A stretch of DNA of 64,000 nucleotides from Azolla caroliniana (taxonomy: Eukaryota > Plantae > Polypodiophyta): assembly GCA_043228905.1 (NCBI GenBank), contig JBHGNT010000014.1, forward strand, positions 5,518,001 through 5,582,000, read 5' to 3'. Positions within the stretch are counted from its first letter, which is position 1. The number at the start of each line of letters is the position of its first letter. A program made the translations under genes and the position numbers. A model generated the notes under the pieces. The model worked only from the letters and a program-made list of their open reading frames with translations, did not search any database and was not told where the DNA came from. Positions 23,751-37,500 of this stretch are shown one piece after another.

Positions 23751-24962
23751 CTTCCTCAACGGTTACGTTGATAGAGGCAAGTGAGTCGTAAATGTCATGT
23801 CTTTGATTTGAGCCGTGTAGTCGGCCACCGACATGTCCTTCTGTTGGACATTGCTCAACTCCTGTCTGAGTTGTAGCTTCCGAGCCATAGTGCTTACGGT
23901 GAAGACCTTCTTCAAGTTTCCCCAAGCTTCCTTTGGTGTCTTGGCATCCCGGATATGGCTGAGCAATTGATCACCGACACTAGACGCGAAGCAGTACATC
24001 ACCCTGCTTGCCGCTTGTTCCCAAGTCGGGAAGTCCTTGTGTGCCGCACCAGGTGTTGTATCGTTAGCTTTGTCGACATAACTCCAGTAACCGTGCTCGA
24101 GCAAGTACTAGTGCATCTTGCGCGATCAAGATGCATAGTTGGACGTATCGAGCTTCTCCGTCGGGGGCGAGCTAGCCATTCCTCGGTCCATATTTTTCTT
24201 CTGTCTGTTCTTTACCGGGTGTTAAGGTTTGTCTTCAAAAATCGCTCATCGGCTGCAGAGGTTCTCAACCCTCGTGCTTTGATACCATGTAAAAGAATAC
24301 GATTGCAGAAGCTACGACAAAACCGGCTCGTTCGGATAGCAAAAGAAAACAGACACGGGTTTAATGGAAACTTTACACGGGAGAGACGGAGTTAGACCAG
24401 AACACTAAAACGTGTATATTCCAAAACACTAAAAACTCTCTGTACATACAATTTGCTTAGTGAGCACTTTTATACAAGTCCTTAAGATGATTGACAGAAG
24501 TATTGACAAGTACTTCAATGCTCATACGAACGATTGATATTGACTCCCAAAAATATGCCTCTGTACTAGGCTATATTCGTAGGCCTCTAATGGCCCACCG
24601 GTTCATCCTGATCCGTCTCTCCGATAGGACTCTTGGTTCCGGATACCTATCCGGTTCTCCATTTCGGATGTCAATCCGGCTTCGGCTTATTCCGCCGATC
24701 CGGATCCGGATCTGGTTGAGCTTGTCCGCTCAATAATCCGGTTGGCTAGGCCCACTTAGGCTGATAAGCTTAAGCTCTGGACTAGGTTTTGGACTGGACG
24801 TCAGATCGACTGAAGAAGCCAGATACCGGATTCGGATGACGGAGCGGTTGTGGAAGCCGTCTGGAACGTCACACGTGCCGAATAGACCTAATCTATTAAA
24901 TAGGTTCAACGTATTTGAGTGACGACATGGTCAATCTTTCATCCCTCTTGTGTTTCTCAACA
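23751..24962 (-). mobile_element. Copia 5' fragment (LTR, Met PBS, gag N-terminus), related to element B
   Basis: gag motifs KLD.SNYASW...YWSYV...TPKEAWGNLKK; PBS ~24276-24287; LTR from 24288 sharing blocks with the B LTRs; right end 24735 or 24962. Confidence 0.75.
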
Positions 24963-24980
24963 ATTAGTTACACACACATA

Positions 24981-25240
24981 ATAGTTCGGTTCGGTTCAAG
25001 TTCAAGTTTTTTTAACAATTCAGTTTCGATTCGGTTCGGTTTCAACTGTTAGAAACCGCAGGTAAAATTTAAATTTGAATTTTGAGCTAAGTTGAAAACC
25101 GAAACCGAACCACGAAACCACGGTTTTAACGGTTTCGATTTATTTATTTTAACGGTTTCGTGGTTCGGTTCAAGTTTCAAAGTTTTTGAACGGTTCTGTT
25201 TTGACACTCTCAAACCGAACCAAACCGTTGCCGATTGTTT
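24981..25240. mobile_element. MITE-like non-autonomous DNA transposon with AACCG/CGGTT subterminal repeats
   Basis: Many GGTTCGG/CCGAACC motifs in inverted arrangement; right end resembles the TIR of the 57821-58447 element. Confidence 0.6.
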
Positions 25241-25323
25241 ACACACAAGGGAATATGGAAGGAAGGAATGATATGGCAAGATTTTGTTGGGCGAAATGAA
25301 GAAAAGGGTGAATATTGAGAGTT

Positions 25324-25325
<2 letters not shown>

Positions 25326-25363
<38 letters not shown>
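25326..25363. repeat. (CT)n microsatellite upstream of the L7/L12 gene
   Basis: Perfect CT run. Confidence 0.9.
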
Positions 25364-25367
<4 letters not shown>

Positions 25368-25475
25368 TTTTTGTTTAAAACCCTATACACTACTTCTTAA
25401 GACTTTCTGTTTCTGTTTGTGTGTGTGTGAGCATGTGCTGCTGAATAAGAAACAGGGTAGGGAGGGAGGAAGAGG

Positions 25476-26069
25476 ATGAGAATGAGGAAACATGGAATTG
25501 AGAAGGCTCTTGGCCTTCTCTGCTCCTCCTATTCTCAGAAGAACAACAGCCACAAGTGCTCCATCAGCTTCCTGGGAAGAAGAGAAGCCTTCTCTTCTTC
25601 CCCTGCTCTTGATACTTCCAATAGTCATGATGGGAGAGGCCCCTTCTCGCAGAAGATTCTCCGTCTCACCGATGAGATCGCCGCCCTCTCTGATGATGAA
25701 ATCAGCCTAATGTCTTCTACCCTCCGCAGGAAGCTTGGGTTACCGGAGCCCCCTCCGATCGGATCAATGCCGATGGCGTCGCCCGATTGGCTCCAAGATG
25801 CCGACCTGTCATCATCGGCCGATGGATCGGCAGCTTCAGAGAAAGTCGCTGAGAAGACGTCCTTTTCCGTCAAGATTGAGAAGTATGAAGCATCTTCCAA
25901 GATCAAGGTTATCAAAGAAGTGCGCGCAGCTACCGAGTTAGGTCTTAAGGAGGCTAAGGAGTTTGTGGAGAAGCTCCCCGCAGTAGTGAAATCAGGTCTT
26001 TCCAAAGAAGAGGCTCAACAACTCATGGACAAGCTCAAGGCGGTCGGAGCAACCGCAGTCATCGAGTGA
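25476..26069 (+). CDS. RPL12: Organellar (probably mitochondrial) ribosomal protein L7/L12 (bL12), intronless
   Basis: C-terminal EKTSFSVKIEKYEASSKIKVIKEVRAATELGLKEAKEFVEKLPAVVKSGLSKEEAQQLMDKLKAVGA; dimerisation helix KILRLTDEIAALS; Ser/Arg-rich N-terminal extension like a transit peptide. Confidence 0.93.
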   Translation: MRMRKHGIEKALGLLCSSYSQKNNSHKCSISFLGRREAFSSSPALDTSNSHDGRGPFSQKILRLTDEIAALSDDEISLMSSTLRRKLGLPEPPPIGSMPMASPDWLQDADLSSSADGSAASEKVAEKTSFSVKIEKYEASSKIKVIKEVRAATELGLKEAKEFVEKLPAVVKSGLSKEEAQQLMDKLKAVGATAVIE

Positions 26070-26987
26070 ATCTTTCTATTGGTTTCTAGACATGAATTGT
26101 GATGATGATGTCGGAAATCGGTGAGGGTTGAGAATGTGATATCATGTCATTTTGTGGGATGTCATGTTATGTCAGTGTCGTGTCATATGATGCCCTTGAT
26201 GTGGCATGGGGCCGTGTTTTCTGCCCCATCTAGCAGTTATTTCAAGATAAGACATCCAGAAATTATATGAATGATGATTTTATATGCATGAATTGCTTTT
26301 GCCTTGTTATGGTCATTCTACGCTCTCGGGCTATATTAAATCTCTGCAAAGAAACTAGGGTTTTCTGTGCTGTTCGGGTTTTTTTTTATTTTGTCACTCT
26401 TTACTTTTGCAAATTTGTTCTCATTAGCTGTTGAGAAAGTTCAAGATTGGATGATGCTCATGCATAATGTGGGGACGATGAAAGGATTGGCCTCTCCTGC
26501 ATTTATGTAATTTCATAATCAAAAGTCATTTACTACAAGAAATGCTCATTGTGATCAATAAATAACTTGGGCTGGTGTGGAGCCAAGAGTAATGTATGGT
26601 AATTGTGTCCCAATTTTGTCATCCATTTCGAAATGCTATCTAGGAATGGTTGGATACATCAATGTATTTATCTTTTCACTTCCTTACTATCTTCCCATGA
26701 TGCTGGTATACTAAGTTAAAAAGGTCTTTTCGATATTTCTTGAATGATTTGAACTGAATGAGTTCCATCAAAATGATCAACTGCCTGGACTAACCACGAT
26801 ACAATCATGGCCTTAGACAACACTAAGCAATTGCAGCTGCTCAACTGTTGAAAGGATATGAAGTGATGAGCTAGCTAAGTTTTCATTGCAACGGATGGGG
26901 ATTGTCAATGGGCATCCTTTTTACACCTGATAAGTTGTGCAAATTGACATGGACATCATTTGGCATTATTATTATCTTCAGCGAAAA

Positions 26988-27350
26988 GAGGGATTACATT
27001 AAATTCGATAATACTGCAGCACTAGTTTAATGTGCTAGTTTCAGCTTATAGAACTTGGTTAGCAAGATTTTTTAAGGGACCAATTAATAATTTGATTTCT
27101 TTGTTTACTTCATTAGTTAAAAGGTTATGCGTAACAATGTGCAAGGATATGCAACCGTTTTAAGGTAATCTGTTGTCCTTCAGGGGATTACATTAAATTT
27201 CATGTGACTACAGCTCTACTTCTCTGTGCTTATTTCAGCCTACATAGCTTTCTTTGCCTGCAAGATTTGGAGGGATCCACCCATGTTAATGTCTTTTGTT
27301 TTCTTATTTCATTAGTTAAGGAGGTTATTTGTTCTAACGTACAAGGATGT
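26988..27350. repeat. Diverged tandem duplication, ~195-bp unit
   Basis: GGGATTACATTAAATT...TTTCAGC...TTCATTAGTTAA..GGTTAT at ~26990 and ~27184. Confidence 0.7.
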
Positions 27351-27530
27351 CGTTTGTTGTTTTAAAATATTCTATTAAGTGGTCCTTAACATAAGGACTT
27401 TTGCCCATTGAGTTATATACTAGTCAACTTTGCCGCAATTAGTTTTTTGAGTCAAGCAACACATCAAGATGTGGTATGTTGATATCTGACATCTCTAAAA
27501 CTAATCCAAAGATAAATGGTTGTCCATATC

Positions 27531-27972
27531 CATAGAATGAACCATACGCGCATTCGCATTCGAGAATATGATTCAATCAAAGTGTATGGTAAATCATCTC
27601 AAAGTTGGATTGGATTTATAAGTTGGAAAAAAAAAAAAAGATTGAAATTCAAAAAATTACTATGGTCTATATTATATATTGATTGAATCAAATGTCAACA
27701 TAATTAAAAGTTAAAAACTTAGGAAGTACTTAACTACTAAACATTAGAAAGCACAAACATAAAAATCAAATAATTCAAAGACATAATTGTGTTGATGAGT
27801 TCATCTTGCAATTATCGATGTTCTCATCTCGCAACTAGTGAAGGTATCAATTTCTTCACTTTAGAACTTTACAAAAAAATGAGTATGAACTATAAAGATT
27901 GAATCAAAATATGTCATTATAAATTATAATCAAACGTTCAAAAACTCATAAAACATATATTCGAGAATATGA
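27531..27972. mobile_element. Truncated MITE related to the hAT MITE at 33554
   Basis: Starts CATAGAATGA, carries ATTCGCATTCGAGAATA motifs; no second TIR or TSD found. Confidence 0.45.
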
Positions 27973-28394
27973 AGAAAACATGACACCAACTTAAAATTTT
28001 ACTATCACATGACACTAGAGAGAGAGAGAGAGAGAGAGAGGGAGGGAGAAAATTGGGATTCAAACCCAAGACATAGGCAATAGTAGCATGACAACTTACC
28101 ACTAGGGTGGGCTAATTTCTAATAACTAAAATGGAAAAATAAGAAAAAAGGAACACATGCCCATATTATCTATATCAATTGTCTCATACCACCAAAACAA
28201 TGTTGCTTCATTAGTGTGATTCTAGAGAGTAGCTTCTATTTCCATAAAAAGATTGATTATTACTTGAGAAAAAATCTAATGTTTACAATAGAATATGTTT
28301 TTTTGGAAAAAAAGAAAAAGGAAAAAAAGAAGGATATGTGCATACGAGCATAGAAGATGAGCTACAACCAATAACATGACCTTAATGCATCTTC

Positions 28395-28511
28395 TCATGG
28401 TGCTATGACTTGGCATACTCCAAAATTGAGTCGACATTCAGCTTCGTATCGCTGGTACTCCCTCTCCACATCATCATTCCAACAACATTTTGCAAGTTGT
28501 TTCTCTCTTTC
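28395..28511 (-). CDS. WDR63: WDR63 probable last coding exon
   Basis: TTGCAG acceptor; EREKQLAK...[11 protein letters not shown]...stop. Confidence 0.65.
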   Translation of the reverse strand, partial: EREKQLAKCCWNDDVEREYQRYEAECRLNFGVCQVIAP

Positions 28512-31500
28512 CTGCAATCAATTTTCTAGGTTCATGAGTTGATAATCACATTTGCAATCCCAATTCGAGGTATAAACACCCACTTCAAGGTACACATCCC
28601 AATTCAAGGCATATATTCACAATGAAACCCAAGTTATGCATGCACATTGCATACATAACACAATACAGATTTCAAAACACACCCATCATGTTGGGGCACA
28701 TTTTGCATCTGTTGGGTTTTTGCAATCTGATTCCTGTAGGAAAATATATGGAGTCATCTTGATTGCTGATATAACAATAACCTTCATCTCTGCAGGTCTG
28801 GATTGCAGTCTGAACTAGGCCAATTTAGGGAATTGCATTGCTCAACATGTGATGGGGTCTTGCCATGTTAAATTTTATCTTTCAAAATAACTTTTCAATT
28901 CTCAAATCATAAATATATTCCTCGGGTAAAAGATTGAATCATCTGCATGTCCAACCAATAAAAGTTTTTCCTGTTGGCAATTGTAAACTATGAAATTTAC
29001 ATATCCTTTCCTCTGAGAGTTTTCAAAGTTCCTTATAAGTAAGTGGCCATCCCAGATGCATCTTTTTGTTTTGTACAAAAAAGCAGGTCTTATATCAACC
29101 GTACATACAAGTCAGGCAGAATCACCACATGACCTAAATTCTCAAGAGGGAAAGCCATAAAATTTGGCAGCCAAAAATATGGCCTAATGCTTACTCGTCT
29201 CTTTTCCATTTTTCATACAAAGGCGGTGTACAATAATGCAGCAATAAAAATATAAACTCGGACACCCACTATGACAGACACCTGAAAGACATTGCATAAG
29301 GTTGGAATCATTGGATCAGAGGAGACTCAGGAGAGGACTAATGTGTTCGGATGAGTTGTTACATAATAACCAAATAATGAGCAAAAGAGCAACAAACTCC
29401 CTTGGATCAACTCCCATGATTCTGAGCTGTATTAGTTCATAACTGTCTCCAATGACATGTTTTCTCATATTGTTTGTGCCTTTAATGTATGACAAAGCAT
29501 GATATGACCATTAAGCCTAGAATTCAATTGTTGTCCAGATTCATTGTGAAATCTGCTTATTTGAGTGCATACAAGATTATAACGCCTCCTTCTAATGTCT
29601 CCTTTTCTCTATCATTCATAAGATTCGGCATTCTAGAGAGTTTCTCAAAAATGTCGAAGCTTCATCAGAAAACTTTGTTTGTGATTCTAATGCTAAAAAG
29701 AAGACAACAAAAACAAAAAAGATGACACCTTTTTCTGCAACTCTTCCTTTTGTCTTCTGTTGGTTTGTTTGGTTCTTTCTGTTGCCCGTCCAATGACATT
29801 CTTCACTGATGCTTCCTGGCGCTCAAAGAACTTTTGCATCAACACCTTCTGAAGGAGGATAAGCAGCACACATGTATTAGTCGTCTGATAACTTAAATGA
29901 AATAAGTAATGCACGATAATCTCAAAACAATATGGGATTACTTCTTTATGTTGGATCCGTCTGAGACGTCTCGGTATTTCCATTATGTGGAGAATCCCTT
30001 GGATATCTCCCACTGCCAGAAGTTGACGAGCTGTACATACTCTCCAAAAGTAAAATCTTTAAAAATGGCAGGATATAATCCGGATTACATGAATTGTGCA
30101 TATAGAAGGTACATACTTTTTTCTTGTATCTTACATGCATAGAAAGGAATAATATAAAATCTCCAGCAGTAAAATCTTTAAAAATGGCAAGGTATAATCC
30201 GGATTATATGTGTGGTGCATATATAAGGTACATGCTTTTTTCTTGTATCTTACATGCATAGAATTGAATATTATAAAATCTCCAAGAGTAAAATCTTTAA
30301 AAATGGCAGGATATATCAGTATTACATGCATTGTGCATATATAAGATACTAGCACACAAGTAGAAAGGAATAATAAGTTACATGGCAGGATGTAAGCCAC
30401 ATTCTACATATTATACGTGTAAAAGCAGCATAAATTTATTGAAGGAGAGATCTCACTCACGAGAAGCACAAAATTTCATGGATGTAACTTGGCACGATCC
30501 AATTGAAGCAACTAATGAAGGCTGATGGCTATGATCTAATAAATCCCAAACCTCAATGCTGCCATCAATTAATCCAATATATATGACCCCTGGGCGAGAT
30601 GGACTCCAACACCCCATTGTAAGGTAATTTTCCACTGATCTTGATACAAATAGTGGTTTCTGCAGAAGACGTTTTCAAATTTGAAGTGAACTACATCAGA
30701 AGAATGCCTTGATCGTAACGAAAGCTAAAACAAACTAGAGGAGAAAAGAGAGGACGTAAGGAAACTGTATTCACTGTAAAAGAATAAGATCAATACCACG
30801 TGCCTCAGCTTTCTAAATTATTTGATCATTCTAAATGGAATTGATTTCTCACATCCAAAAGATTCTATTAAGCGAGTTAACTATGTAATATAGCACAAAG
30901 TTAATGTTTATACAGAAATTTTCTAGAATCCATTTCATCGTTGTACAAACCTGGAAACCAACTTTCCATAGAGCAAATGTCCAGACATCTACAGAAAGAA
31001 TAATGTCTTCGAAACAAGGTGAACACTGAAGGCTACGAACTGCTCCATTATGGCATTCTGATATATTTTGTATAGTATTTGAGCCATCTGGAGCATTGAT
31101 ATCTCCCTCCAAGATATCTCCATTCTGCACTAGAATCAACGAAGAATGAGAAAAGAGAAAATCTTATAAATAAAAAGTAGAAACCAATATACCACTAAAT
31201 GTTAAGCATTACTGACCTCATTACAGCAAAAATATTTACTACCAGCACAGAGAATGAACTTCAGAATACCAGCTTGCCGATCTGGAGATTTTATGGTAAG
31301 ATCAATTTCGAAGATGGGTTTCCATTGATATTTTTCTGAAGCTAATGCCGCAGCCTTGACTTCATCTTGTAAATCTGTCTCAATATCTACCTGCTTCTTG
31401 ATGGAAGCATCCCAAAAGATTATCTGAACACAGAAGTTGACATGTTAACTTTTGAAGTTTGCAGAACTTTTATAAAGTCCAAATCTGACATCAAGGCACC

Positions 31501-34500
31501 TTTCCATCAGCAGCAACAGACACCAGCATCCTGGTTTCTTGAGAATATCGTCTTACCATGTTTCTGCCTTCCAGCTGTAGAAGCAAGAAACTCATTATGT
31601 CATGAATCTCTAGTTTCATGGTGTATTGTCTACTAATGCAACACATACACTTCTAGTTCAGAGAATATTTTACTTTTGCATCTTCACAGAAATTTTTATG
31701 CTCATCTCATTGTTGCGTACACTCTTTTTGAAGTATTATAGATTGTTATATCCGAGGGAAATCTAATTTATACACTTTCTAACCTAAACCATGATAAACC
31801 AATCCGCTCAGCATTTAAGGGGCTCAGAAATTATGTCCACATCATGATACCCATGCCTGAATTCAAGAAGAGTTGCATAAAATACCTCTCCTTTAGGCAG
31901 CAGAACAATCCTAAAGACTCTACATTATTCTTCTGTAGAATACCCTTTTATATTCTTGTCATTCAATGAAGTGCACAAATATAAGGAGGTTAATATCTGT
32001 GAATAGGCTTCACAATCAAGAGTTAGTATTCAAAATGTGTCCAGTAGTTTGTCATCCAAGAGACCCAATGGATATGTTTCCTGTCCCTGGTTGTCACCCT
32101 ATAGCAGCCTGAATGTAGGAATTCCACGTAATCAGCTAGTGATAATACTACTTACAGCGAAGAAAGTGACATTAAAAACACAAATTGTCCCAACAAAACA
32201 ATCACATTTCCAAGAATCATTTTAATGTTTATCTCAGATAAGTCTAGAAACAATTAACAAACTTCAAATGGTTAAACAGACCTGAGCATCTGCAGGAAGC
32301 CATTGCAAGTCAGAGATTACTGCAGTGTGTGACCTTGATACACAACTTAGACGACTGAAGATGACCACGGGCGCCTTCCTCTTACTCTCTTCTTCTTTAT
32401 CCTTCTTCGACCCTTTCATAGTCTCTTTCTCTTGCTTTCCAACTTGTTCTTCAGCCACACTTATGTCCCAGAGAATCACCTAACAAGACACATTAAACTT
32501 CTTGAGCGTTGGGGGTCCCATAGGTCATACTTGACCTCTAAGGTCAATTATAAAAAGGATTCATCTATTAAAGAAGCTCTGCAACTGTAAGGTTCAAAAA
32601 CACAGACAAACATTGACTATGTTCGTCTTTTTTATGCCTGTAATATCTCATGCCAGATGAAAATAACAACAAAAAAAAAACCAACAGAATTAAATGGACT
32701 GGATGGATCAGATCATTTTTAATCTTAAGAAGGTCAAAGACATGATATTGGTAAACCAGTCTCCAAGCCACTCTGAAGACTGTAGGCACAAATCAGCACA
32801 GGGAAACCCTGACATTCAGGCTAGCCTCAGACATAGAGAGTGCCATCGACATCAGAAACGCTTTAGAAGCTAGAATCCTAGATAGTAAGGTAGAGCTTAC
32901 TCTTAAGTAATTGTTAGGTGTCGCAAATAATGTATTTCATGGGGTTATAATTGATGTGATCCGAAGAAAGAGGCAAGTGACCCATGAAGGAGTTAAAGTA
33001 GTTAAAATCCAAGATGTGGTTATGAAAGCTGCACTATTAGCTAGAGTATGGGGTGCAAATAAAGATATCAATCAAGAAGAAGACAGAGACCACTACACAT
33101 GTGCTCATCAGGCTCGAGCGATGTCAAAGGCCCCGGTCAAGATCAGGGAAGAGATGGAATCATGTACTGCATTGATCGACTTCTATAATCGTGGGAAGTA
33201 GATAGATTCTGCACTATGCCCACATCTCTGATCCCTTGTACCAATTACTAAGAAAAGTGAAAGCATTTTTGTGAACAGAAGAACACACAAATGCAGTTAT
33301 AAACTTTAAGGAATGTTTGGCAAAGGCTCCAACATTAAAGCAACCCAACTACACCTTCTCACGTTTGGTTCAAGTCCAATCAGGATCAGAGGGGTAATAA
33401 GTCAACAAGTCGATGAAAGTGAAAGATATCCAATTGGATTCGGGGCAAAAGGTTCTTAGTGCACTACAAGGAAAGTATGCACAATTAAAATGAGAGCTTT
33501 GGGGAACAGTCACTGCCATAAAGGCTGATAGGAACTATTTAATTGGTACCGAGCATAGATTGACACATGCGTGATATTCGTGATATTCCCCATGCGCAAT
33601 ATTCTCAATATTCGAGAATACAAAATGGCCCCAAGAATATTAAAAAACCATTCGTTTTGTAAAATAAATATAAAAAATTATTTATTTATTTAAATAAATG
33701 TATTTCACAAAAAAAAAAAATATTCATTAATAGATTATAGTGTCAAGAGAGTTTATGAAACTTATTTTAATTAATTAATTTTTTAAAAATGAATATGTTT
33801 ATATTTATTATACAAATATGATTAGTATGAACTTTTAAGATATGATTAGTTTAAAGTACCATTTTTAATGTCAAGATAAAAATATTCATAAATTTTGAGG
33901 AAATAAAAAGTGAGAAATTAATGAGCCTTTATTTTATTTTATTTATTTATTAAAAATAAAACGACTATTTTAGTAGTGTCAAATCCCCTAAGTCCCTCTT
34001 TTATTATCCCTATTTATTGTTAAGTTCCTTTTTTTTTATCTTAGGAAATGTTTTTAAAAAAAGTTTTTTTTTTAGGGGGGAGGGTAAAACGAATACTTGA
34101 CTACCCATTTGTATTAGTATTCGTTTGCATTCGAATGGGAAACCCCATGAATGCGAATATGTCAATCTATGGTACCGAGTAAATACAGAGACCGATTTGT
34201 TTACTTGTTCTCGGGATCACCGCGAATTGTGACATCCCAGATCAAGTCATGCTCAGGTGGTGCATCTACATCAAATCGGTCAAACTTGAAGCAAGGCATA
34301 ATCAAAGGGTGAGCCAACTGAAGAGAATGAATTCTTGGAAACAAAATATGGTAAGCAGTTTAATGAAATTGGGAAATATCTAAGGGCACCATGGAAGGAA
34401 GTTGGACAAAGAAAAACTTTTCAAACTTTAGAAATAAGGTTCACAAAATCTTCCTACATCAACGGCAAGGTTGTTAGGTACGTTAGGTACGGTACGGATA

Positions 34501-37500
34501 CCATACGTATTTAACATATTAATACCCGTATAGTACCTCCCAATTTAAAAATACATTAAATACGTTTTCTTAATATGTTAAATACTTGTAAAATACGTTA
34601 AATACGTATAGTACATTAAATACTTCTAGAATTTGAAAATTATTTACCTTTCTAAAAAATATCTAAAATATTGTAAAAAACATCTATGTTTACACATTTT
34701 GTGATGTACAACATAGTTCTACATCCTAAAATGCATATAAGACATTTGAACATTTCACATCCTAAAATACTTGTAGTAATATGGATGTCGACATTCCCTT
34801 ATTCTATAAATCAATGTAAGTGTGTAGCACGATGTTCTACTTCAAATTGTAATTATTTACAATTATGCCTTCATAGATTGAGAAATCGTCTACGATTATC
34901 ACACTCATGATAGGTTTCTCTTTTCTTCGTTTTCTTCTTCTTCTTCTTCTTCTATCTACTGTGATTATCACACTCAAGATAGGTTTATGTCTTCTTTTCT
35001 CTCTTCTTCTTCTTCTTCTTATTCTTCATCGTCGTCTCTTCTATTCTTCTTTCTTCTTTCCTTTGGCTTCTTTTTCACTAAAATCTTTTTTTTCTTTTGC
35101 TTTTTGTTAGGGTTTTACTTACATTTTCTTTATAAATACGTATTATACCTGTTTTTTTATAAGTACATTAAATACCGTATTGGACAAATGTACATGATAT
35201 TTGACTGAACAACGTACTATACAAATGATGAGGTACTATACGTATTTAAACGTTAAATACGGGTACATAAACAACCATGATCAACGGTGGAAACACCCAA
35301 AGTTCAAGTCGGGAAATCCACCATGAGTTATCTATAACCACGAGCAACAAAGTCAAATATTAAGTGTTACATGACAGGGAATGGGCTGGACATCGAGGAA
35401 TTTAGGCAGCATTTACTAAAGTCAAAGAAAGGTATTGGTGACCCGGGCCCATGTTCTACAATGAAGTGAAGAATTACGTCGAGAATTCCCCAACTTGTCA
35501 AATTATTTCAAATATCAGACATAGAGACAAGCTACACCAACCTATTTACTGGGGGTACACTATAAGTGGATGTTGGATTCGGTGGCTATGCCAATGGGGT
35601 TTGGACACAATAAATACTTAGTGCTAACAAGGGCAAATCAAGTAGAGGGAAAAGCAATAAGGTAGAAGACCACATCAGCTATATGTCAGTTTATTTTAGG
35701 AAAAATTGCTTGTAGATATGGATGTGTGGGAAAAATAGTAGCCGATAGAGGAGAGCTCAACTCTGTCAAAGCCCATGATTTCTTTGCGAAATTTGGTGTT
35801 TAGTTGTCACTATCAACCTATAATCCAGAGGACATGAGGTAATAGTTAAAGCTTTGGAAAAAGCTTGTAAAGGTTGAGCAAGTAATTGGCCAAAGGTCTT
35901 GCCCTTTACCTTATGGGCTGATAGAACAACACAGTTCTGTAACAAGGTATATACCAATAGAGTTGATGATAGGGCAAATGCTAGTAATGCTAATCGAAGA
36001 AAAGATCACATGGGCGGTAATTCTTTGGGGGTCAGAAATGAGCAGGGAAGACTTGCTTACAGTTTGGATCCGGCAACTCGATTAAAGGGCTGAAGATGTA
36101 GAAATGGTGGCAATGAAACTAAAAGAAGCACATGTCAAGAACAAAGCAAGATTTGATCAAATAAAAGGCCTAAGGCCACGAAAAATTCAAGATGGAGCAT
36201 GCGTAATGGTACAAAACAGTAGCGACAACTAGTATAGTACTAATAGGAAGTTTGCAAAAAGTTGGTTTGGGCCTTACGAAGTAAGAAAGGTTTCAGATAA
36301 GGGCACCTACTACCTTAATGAGTAAGATGGAACTGAGATCAAAAGTCCAATTGTAGGCAAAAGGATAAAGATTTTCAAGAAGTGGGAAGCTGTTGAACAT
36401 GACCTAATAGAAGATGCTGAAGAAAACCTTCACGAACAGGATGAAGACCAAAATGACTGGACTTGCACAACCGGGTGCAAGTTCAAAGGGGGTGGGTGTC
36501 GGGAACTAATTGCTTCACGATATAAAAACAAATCCAAATAATATATCAAATGACATTTGTAAGGCTCAAACCTATAAGTTTGCATATCAAGCACCGAATA
36601 TGAACCATAAAGATAAGTTCTTCTATGAGCTTACTTTCTCATCATTATAATTATGTATTATCATACGTGGTGACTCAGATGAGGCACATGGCTGTCATGC
36701 ATTACTCGTGGCACATGTGTGCTAAGTGGCGATCACACATCACATGCACTCTCACATACATCACATGCATTCGAACACTTATATAAGGGAAGGAAGGGAA
36801 GCATATAGGGATCCATCAATCAACAAAGAAAAACAATACATTCATCAGTAATCAAGAGATTAAGCGAGCTAATCTAGAAAGTACCTCACCTCTCAAGATC
36901 AAAGTCAAGGGTTCGATATGGAGTTTGTCAGAGATAATATGTCATCCTTACGATTGACTATTGTAAGTTTGATAAAATATTGTACTCTCAATTTAATAAA
37001 GCATATTTTCTTCATATAACCTTTGCTTCTTGAATCATACACTATCTCCATCTCTTGTTTGTGCCGAAAACCAGATTCCCTGTTTACAGAGTATTATTTA
37101 CTTCTTTTTTTTATTTGTTGTTCTCAACGATGAGACAACACTTAAGATGTAATCTCGTTTGGTCTTATAGGCCATTTTGGCCTCTTATAAGACGTTAATA
37201 TATCTTTCTTCTTCTTTCTTCTTTCTCCCCCTTTTCGTTACAAACTCTCCTTGTACATAACCCAGGTGTTTCAACACACCGATCAAGAACTCTACAACAC
37301 CGTAGGCAATTTTACTAAGTTATTTTTTATTTATTTTCATTTGTTCTTATCCAAGAATAAACAACATTTTCGGACGTGATCTTCTGCTCAGTCTCATAAG
37401 TCCATTTTAGTCTCTTGAGAGACTGTTAATCTTTCTGGTATAAAAAAGTCAAGGCATATAGGACGGCCACAATAGTGCCCTCTTGAGAAAATGATTGGTC

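Larger units (their letters stand above)
32790..37090 (+). mobile_element. Gypsy family A, copy A3, heavily degenerate and deleted, in a WDR63 intron
   Basis: [15 protein letters not shown]...IIDVIRRKR (homologous to A1/A2) at ~32860-32980; INT remnants 35480-36400 ([37 protein letters not shown]); PPT 36485-36496; LTR from 36497, end uncertain. Confidence 0.75.
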
